A stretch of DNA of 63,617 bases, the filler included, from Thraustochytrium aureum (Eukaryota): the NCBI GenBank assembly GCA_012862495.1. It is 7 parts of 6 records of this genome, joined end to end, with 100 filler letters (N's around TTAATTAATTAA, not from the genome) between each part and the next. Parts side by side here need not be neighbours in the genome. Positions count along the whole stretch, not along the records: positions 48,887 to 60,099 come from BLSG01000253.1; positions 60,200 to 61,927 come from BLSG01000260.1; positions 62,028 to 63,617 come from BLSG01000269.1; 4 more parts are not named here. One strand, given 5' to 3'. Every line of letters starts with the position of its first letter. Positions within the stretch are counted from its first letter, which is position 1. The position numbers and the translations under genes were made by a program. Shown in pieces: positions 58,692-63,617 of the stretch. The notes below the pieces were generated by a model. The model was not told the origin of the DNA. It was given only the letters and a program-made list of their open reading frames with translations, and searched no databases.

Positions 58692-60099
58692 TCAGGACGA
58701 AGGTTTCGGAGCAGCCCACAATCCGTCCACTGGAGGAAGCGCCAAGAGCGCCGCGTAGAACACGGGCAGCGTCAGGTTGTCAATCTGCTTTGTGAAGGCC
58801 TCGAGAACGCACGTCAGCAGCGTCGCAAGCACGAGCTGCTCGGCGCGCGACCAGGTGGGCGGCCCGCGAGCCCCAAGAGCGAGGTCGAGACCCGCTAACG
58901 CCGCGAGCGAAGCCAACATCGCAGCGACAGTCCCTTCGAGCGTCTTGCGGCCGTTCGGCCAGTAGACCCGCCCAAGCGTGGAGCCAACAATGGCGCCCGC
59001 GGCATCGCCAGCGCCAAGCACCACCAGCCCACCAAGCGCCGCGAAAGACTCTGTGCAGCACGGGTAAAGCCACAACGGGAGTGCGCAGCCGACCAGGAGA
59101 TAGATGTGCGTCAAGATCGTCGTGCCTTCGTCGCGCGAGTCGGTATAGCTCCGCAGGTAAAAATGTATCCAGTTTCCAAACGGCGGGACGCGACAAATGC
59201 GAACGTACTCGATGAACAAGAGCAAGGCGCATGCGATCCCAAACGAAAGCGCCAGGAAATCTGGTGCAGCCACAAGTGCCGGCCCAAACATCGCCAGCGC
59301 CAGCAGGTGGTATAGCTTGCGCGTGATTATGAGCGGCCAGCTCGTGTGGGCGGCGACGAGGTGGATCAGGGGCAAGCCCACCGCAAGGCTCGCACCCAGT
59401 ACGCGAGCGTCAGCAGGTGTGCCCGCTCCCCGAAAGTGTAATCTCGGACCCACAAGATCGGGTTTACCCCTCCCAATAGAATGGTCACCCAAGGAGATAC
59501 CACGCCGACAAGCCAGCCAATGGCCCCGCCGTAAAACAGGGCCGTCCCACGGGCCCCAAGCGTTCCGCTGGCCCAGTCAAAGAGCGGTATGGTCTGCGAG
59601 TTTGCTCTGCGCCGTTCTAAATGCGCAGGCGAAGGCCCCGACCGCGGGTCGACGTCAACTGTCTCGTTTTCAAGCACGGCGTGCCGCTGAAACAAGTGAA
59701 ACAGAACGAGTGGAATCGCGAGGACGCCCAAGATCCCGCCCTGCAGCGCGATCGCAAGCTCGCTGCGCGGGGCCGCGCTCGGCCCAGTCACAGCGCGCAC
59801 TATGGAAAGACCGAAGAAGTCGCTCACGAAGAGGGCCATGGCGTCGATCACGAGGAACGCCTCCCCGATCGTGAAAGACTTGCGAAGCGCGCCCAGCCAA
59901 ATGTGAACGAGGACACGGCGCGCGCAAAGCGCTGCGAGAACCAGAGCCGTCTCGCCCCCAAAGCTACTTGAATCTAGCTCCGCCCCGGGACCGCCAGCTA
60001 CGAGGCGCGCGAGCGCAGCCCCGAGGGCCAGAACGACGTCGACGGGGTCGACTGTCAGCGCAGCGCGCCATGGTCGGGCACAGTCGAGGAACAAATCTG
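58692..60099 (-). CDS. DOLK: Dolichol kinase (SEC59/DOLK); frameshifted, 5'-truncated
   Basis: SFTIGEA; RKLYHLLA; DSRDEG..ILTHIYLLVGCALPLW; GDAAGAIVG..LGR..WP..RKTLEGT; QIDNLTLP. Confidence 0.92.
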
Positions 60100-60199
60100 N
60101 NNNNNNNNNNNNNNNNNNNNNNNNNNNNNNNNNNNNNNNNNNNTTAATTAATTAANNNNNNNNNNNNNNNNNNNNNNNNNNNNNNNNNNNNNNNNNNNN
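60100..60199. other. Artificial contig linker
   Basis: TTAATTAATTAA at 60144-60155. Confidence 0.97.
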
Positions 60200-60826
60200 G
60201 AGAGCCTCAGCTCCACCAGCGCGCCCCCGCGCAGCCTCTCGTCCCGCAGAGCCGCGCGCACGCAGCTGAGGTCGCGTGCAAGTCCGAAGTCCGTTTCCTC
60301 GGCGCGGGCCTGGTCGAGCGACACGCCGCTCGAGTGCCACGGGAGCGGCGCCGTCCACCGCGCAGAAACCAGGCGGACCTCCACCGTCCGTGGCGAGCAC
60401 GCCATGGCAGCAGGCCGGATGCGAGACTCGACGTCGCGCGACCTGATGAACCTGCTCGACTCGTCGTCGGCGCGCGACTCGACTCGGACCCACCAATCGA
60501 TCAACCTGCACAGGTCATCCCACACGAGCGAGGCAGCGCAGACCACGAGTCTTGACGCTCCACACCTCCTCGCGGCAGGCAATCGAAGGCGGTCTTGATT
60601 GATTTTGAATTCAAGAAAAACTCCAAGCGTAACGGTGCGAATGTGCGGGCGGGTCGCTCCAGAGCGCTGCGCGTCTGGCGCTTGCTTTCCTGCGTAGAGC
60701 CCTGTGCGCTCGCTGCTCATGGCGTCCGTTTCTGCGAGCATCGCAAGGGGTTGGAACACAGGTGGGGTGGAGTACGAAGGTGGAGGACGCATTTAGGCTT
60801 TTCGATGTGGGCTCGGCCAGGGGTTG

Positions 60827-61912
60827 TTAGTACGGGGCCGGCGTGGGAGCCTCAAGGCCCTCCCCAGGACTTTCGAGCGCCGCTTCAGCGGACAGTTCGA
60901 TCTCGGCGAGGCCCTTGGCGACTCTCCTCACGCGGTCTTCCTCCAGCTCGCGCACCGGGGGCTCTTTTGCGTCGCCGTCGTCAGCACTTGTCTTCTGTGA
61001 GGTGCGGGCGTCACACGTTTGCGAGAACCCGTTGCTCGCAGCGTCGTTGCCATGCGTGCGGACAGGGCCGGTCTCTCCGCAGCTCAGTATCTCGTACGAT
61101 CCGCACTCCGAGCAAACGCTCTCCGTGTCAGACTCTTGCTCCTGCTTCGTGCTTTCCAGCGGCCCACAACCACCCTCAGGTTTGCTCGGCCAGAGGAGGG
61201 TCTCAATGTCCAGATCACATTTGACGACCTCCGTGCCGAGGAGCTGGCGCCAGAACACAAGCTCTCCAGTCAGTAGCTTGTTGGCGCAAACGGCCACACG
61301 GCAGAGGCCGAACATGGCCGCGCGGTAGGTTTGGACGGCGAGTGGGTCTTGGGCAATCGAATTTCCGTCTCGGACACTCAGTGGGAACTCAAAGTCTTGC
61401 AGTTCGACCAGCACAAAGCCTTTGTTCTGCTGTCGGCCTTCGACCTCCACGAACACGGGCAGCACTGTGCTTACGTTGAAGCGAACGGCCTTGATGTTGG
61501 TGATGTCGTCGCCCGGCACGTACATGTGGACCGCGAGGGGCGCGAAGGTTTTGTTGTCCGCGAACGCGCGGTACGTCGCCAAAAGTAGTCTGAAGCGATC
61601 GATTTCGCAGTTCTTCTCCTGCCGAACCGAGGTCACGGTGCCGTGGTACAGGAGGACGTCGAGGTCGTTCTTGTAGGCGAGGCCGTCGACACGTCGTCGC
61701 TCGGCGCGACTCGGTTCATAGCGATCGGAGAACTGAAGCCCGCACTTCATGAGCAGAAGGATCAACGTCGGCAGCCCTACGCGGTTGTCAAAGTAGCTCT
61801 GCGTCTCGCCAGGGTGGCCGCCGCTCATCATCGTGACGTTTTCGTGCAAGGCCGTCAAAATCGCTGCCACTTCTGCGAGACCTGGTCCTTCACGACCGTC
61901 CTTGTGGTCCAT
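60827..61912 (-). CDS. Hypothetical protein (361 aa; may be 5'-truncated at contig edge)
   Basis: Long ORF with globular-like composition and an acidic tail; no family recognised. Confidence 0.55.
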   Translation of the reverse strand: MDHKDGREGPGLAEVAAILTALHENVTMMSGGHPGETQSYFDNRVGLPTLILLLMKCGLQFSDRYEPSRAERRRVDGLAYKNDLDVLLYHGTVTSVRQEKNCEIDRFRLLLATYRAFADNKTFAPLAVHMYVPGDDITNIKAVRFNVSTVLPVFVEVEGRQQNKGFVLVELQDFEFPLSVRDGNSIAQDPLAVQTYRAAMFGLCRVAVCANKLLTGELVFWRQLLGTEVVKCDLDIETLLWPSKPEGGCGPLESTKQEQESDTESVCSECGSYEILSCGETGPVRTHGNDAASNGFSQTCDARTSQKTSADDGDAKEPPVRELEEDRVRRVAKGLAEIELSAEAALESPGEGLEAPTPAPY

Positions 61913-61927
61913 GAGGCACGTTCTGGC

Positions 61928-62027
61928 NNNNNNNNNNNNNNNNNNNNNNNNNNNNNNNNNNNNNNNNNNNNTTAATTAATTAANNNNNNNNNNNNNNNNN
62001 NNNNNNNNNNNNNNNNNNNNNNNNNNN
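61928..62027. other. Artificial contig linker
   Basis: TTAATTAATTAA at 61972-61983. Confidence 0.97.
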
Positions 62028-63476
62028 GGAGGTGCAGAGCACAAAGGACGTGCTGAGCGCCAAGCCGCGCTCCGCAGCGCAGAGGCTGCTAAAGGCCCTA
62101 AGGACACTCGTTCGGGCGCTAGAACTCGCCCTGATCTTCTCGCCCTGCGTGCTGTCCCTGCCCGCCTGGCTCCTCGTCCCTGTGCCGCAGAGGCATCGCG
62201 ACTGGTGGCTCCACCTTCTCGTCGCGTGTCTCCAGGCGGCAGGCCCGATGTGTATCAAGCTCGGCCAGTGGGCGAGCACGCGCGCCGACCTCTTCCCCGA
62301 CAGGCTGCGGCTCGCCCTGCGCATTCTGCACGACCAGTGCAACCTCGAGGCTGGGCCCAGACAAAGGCCACTGTCGAGCGCGCCTTTGGAGGCAGACTCG
62401 GCCTCGAGGACCTCTTCGACGAGTTTGAGCGAGAGCCCGTCGGGGCGGGCTGCATCGCTCAGGTGCACCGCGCGCGGCTCAAGGGCTCCGGCCGCTGGGT
62501 AGCTGTCAAGGTCAAGCGCGAGCGCGTCCAGCGACTCATCGAGCTCGACCTGGCCCTGATGGACCAGGCGGTCTGGTTTGTCACGAGCGTGCTTCCTGCT
62601 TCACTCGTTGACGTCGTCAGCCTGCGCGAGTCTGCCGACCTCTTCAGTCTATTTATGGCGCAGCAGATGGACTTTGCGCAGGAGGCGGCCAACCTGACCA
62701 AGTTTCGCGCAAACTTCGCGGGAAGTGCGCTTGCCGTCCGCTTCCCCGAGCCGGTGGCTGTAGCGCCGCATGGCGAGGTGCTGATCGAGTCACTCGAGGA
62801 GGGCGTCACGCTGTCACGCCTCTTGCACGAGCGCGGGCAGGCCGCGCAGCGAGTCAAGCACCGCATCGGTAGCCTCGGGGTGCAGTCCTTCCTGAAAATG
62901 GTCCTCGTCGACAACTTTTGCCACTCCGACCTGCACCCGGGCAACATACTCGTTCGCCTCGACGAGTCCAAGCGTGCGGCGGACGGCTCCATCACCGACG
63001 AGTGCCTCGAGGGCCTGACGTTCCTCGACGTCGGCCTCACCACGACGCTAACAGAGCGCGACCAGCGCAACTTTGTGGACCTCTTCGCCGCGGTGGCCAC
63101 GGGCAACGGCAAGCTAGCAGGTGAGCTCATGATCGAGCGCCAGGACCCAGCTCGCCTCGTCCGTTGCACCGACCCGACAGGCTTTGTGCGCGGGATCGAG
63201 CAGGTGGTTTCGCGCGTCAAGCTGGACTCGTTCCGCCTCGACCGCGTGCAGATCGGCAGCGTGCTCGAGCAAGTCCTCTCGCTTGTGCGCGACTACCAGG
63301 TCCCCGTCGACCCGAGCTTCACCAGCCTCATCCTCAGCATCATCGTGCTGGAGGGGCTCGGTCGCCAGCTCGACCCCACGCTCGACATCTTCCAAGAATC
63401 GCTGCCCATCCTGTTCAAGCTGGGCAAGACCTGGCGCATCGCGGCGCTCGACGCGCTCGTGCGCCGGCCGCCGTAG
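62028..63476 (+). CDS. ABC1/UbiB atypical kinase (ADCK2-like); frameshift near 62343, 5'-truncated
   Basis: AGPMCIKLGQWASTRADLFP; PVGAGCIAQVHRA; VAVKV; DNFCHSDLHPGNILV; FLDVGL; LEGLGRQLDP. Confidence 0.92.
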   Translation, partial: GGAEHKGRAERQAALRSAEAAKGPKDTRSGARTRPDLLALRAVPARLAPRPCAAEASRLVAPPSRRVSPGGRPDVYQARPVGEHARRPLPRQAAARPAHSARPVQPRGWAQTKATVERAFGGRLGLEDLFDEFEREPVGAGCIAQVHRARLKGSGRWVAVKVKRERVQRLIELDLALMDQAVWFVTSVLPASLVDVVSLRESADLFSLFMAQQMDFAQEAANLTKFRANFAGSALAVRFPEPVAVAPHGEVLIESLEEGVTLSRLLHERGQAAQRVKHRIGSLGVQSFLKMVLVDNFCHSDLHPGNILVRLDESKRAADGSITDECLEGLTFLDVGLTTTLTERDQRNFVDLFAAVATGNGKLAGELMIERQDPARLVRCTDPTGFVRGIEQVVSRVKLDSFRLDRVQIGSVLEQVLSLVRDYQVPVDPSFTSLILSIIVLEGLGRQLDPTLDIFQESLPILFKLGKTWRIAALDALVRRPP

Positions 63477-63617
63477 CAGCCAGCCATCCGCCCTGCGCCA
63501 CCGGCGTCGCGCCAGCGTCGCGGCCAGGATGGACCGCGCCATCCACTCTCGCTCCAGAATCCAGCCCAGCGCAGCGCCCGCGAGCCCTCCCGACAGCGCC
63601 GCGCGCGCACGAGCGAG

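Overview
Gene-dense, intron-poor, GC-rich eukaryotic genomic DNA from a draft assembly. The gene set (Sec-type thioredoxin reductase, jouberin/AHI1, DDX60, CRT-like transporter, multi-RGS protein) suggests a flagellated protist, possibly a thraustochytrid-like stramenopile; this taxon call is inference only. The window is a concatenation. Six artificial 100-nt linkers (N44-TTAATTAATTAA-N44) join separate pieces, there are many N gaps (two spurious), and more than ten genes carry single-base frameshifts that look like sequencing errors. About 27 protein-coding loci are recognisable: RGS protein, TrxR, J-like membrane protein, RIO2, RPL6, TFIIB-type Zn-ribbon protein, CRT-like, FoP-motif protein, Trk/HKT, Ulp1/SENP, SxxS thioredoxin-fold protein, exportin-4, lipoxygenase-like, GGR-diflavin reductase fusion, MFS, ENT, double-GDPH VWD protein, DDX60, MGST3, ankyrin, EthD-like, PDCD2, AHI1, ArfGAP, dolichol kinase, an orphan and ADCK2. 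Highlights: (1) an intact ~1028-aa fusion of a geranylgeranyl-reductase-family flavoenzyme to a complete CPR/CysJ-type FMN-FAD-NADPH module, a candidate self-sufficient reductase, lying next to (2) a lipoxygenase-like gene with non-canonical metal-ligand motifs; (3) a Gly-Cys-Sec-Gly TrxR whose stop is followed immediately by a strand-specific ~140-nt hairpin, with no canonical SECIS visible; (4) a candidate box C/D snoRNA in the RPL6 intron; (5) dense CGTCAC motif clusters in two promoter regions.
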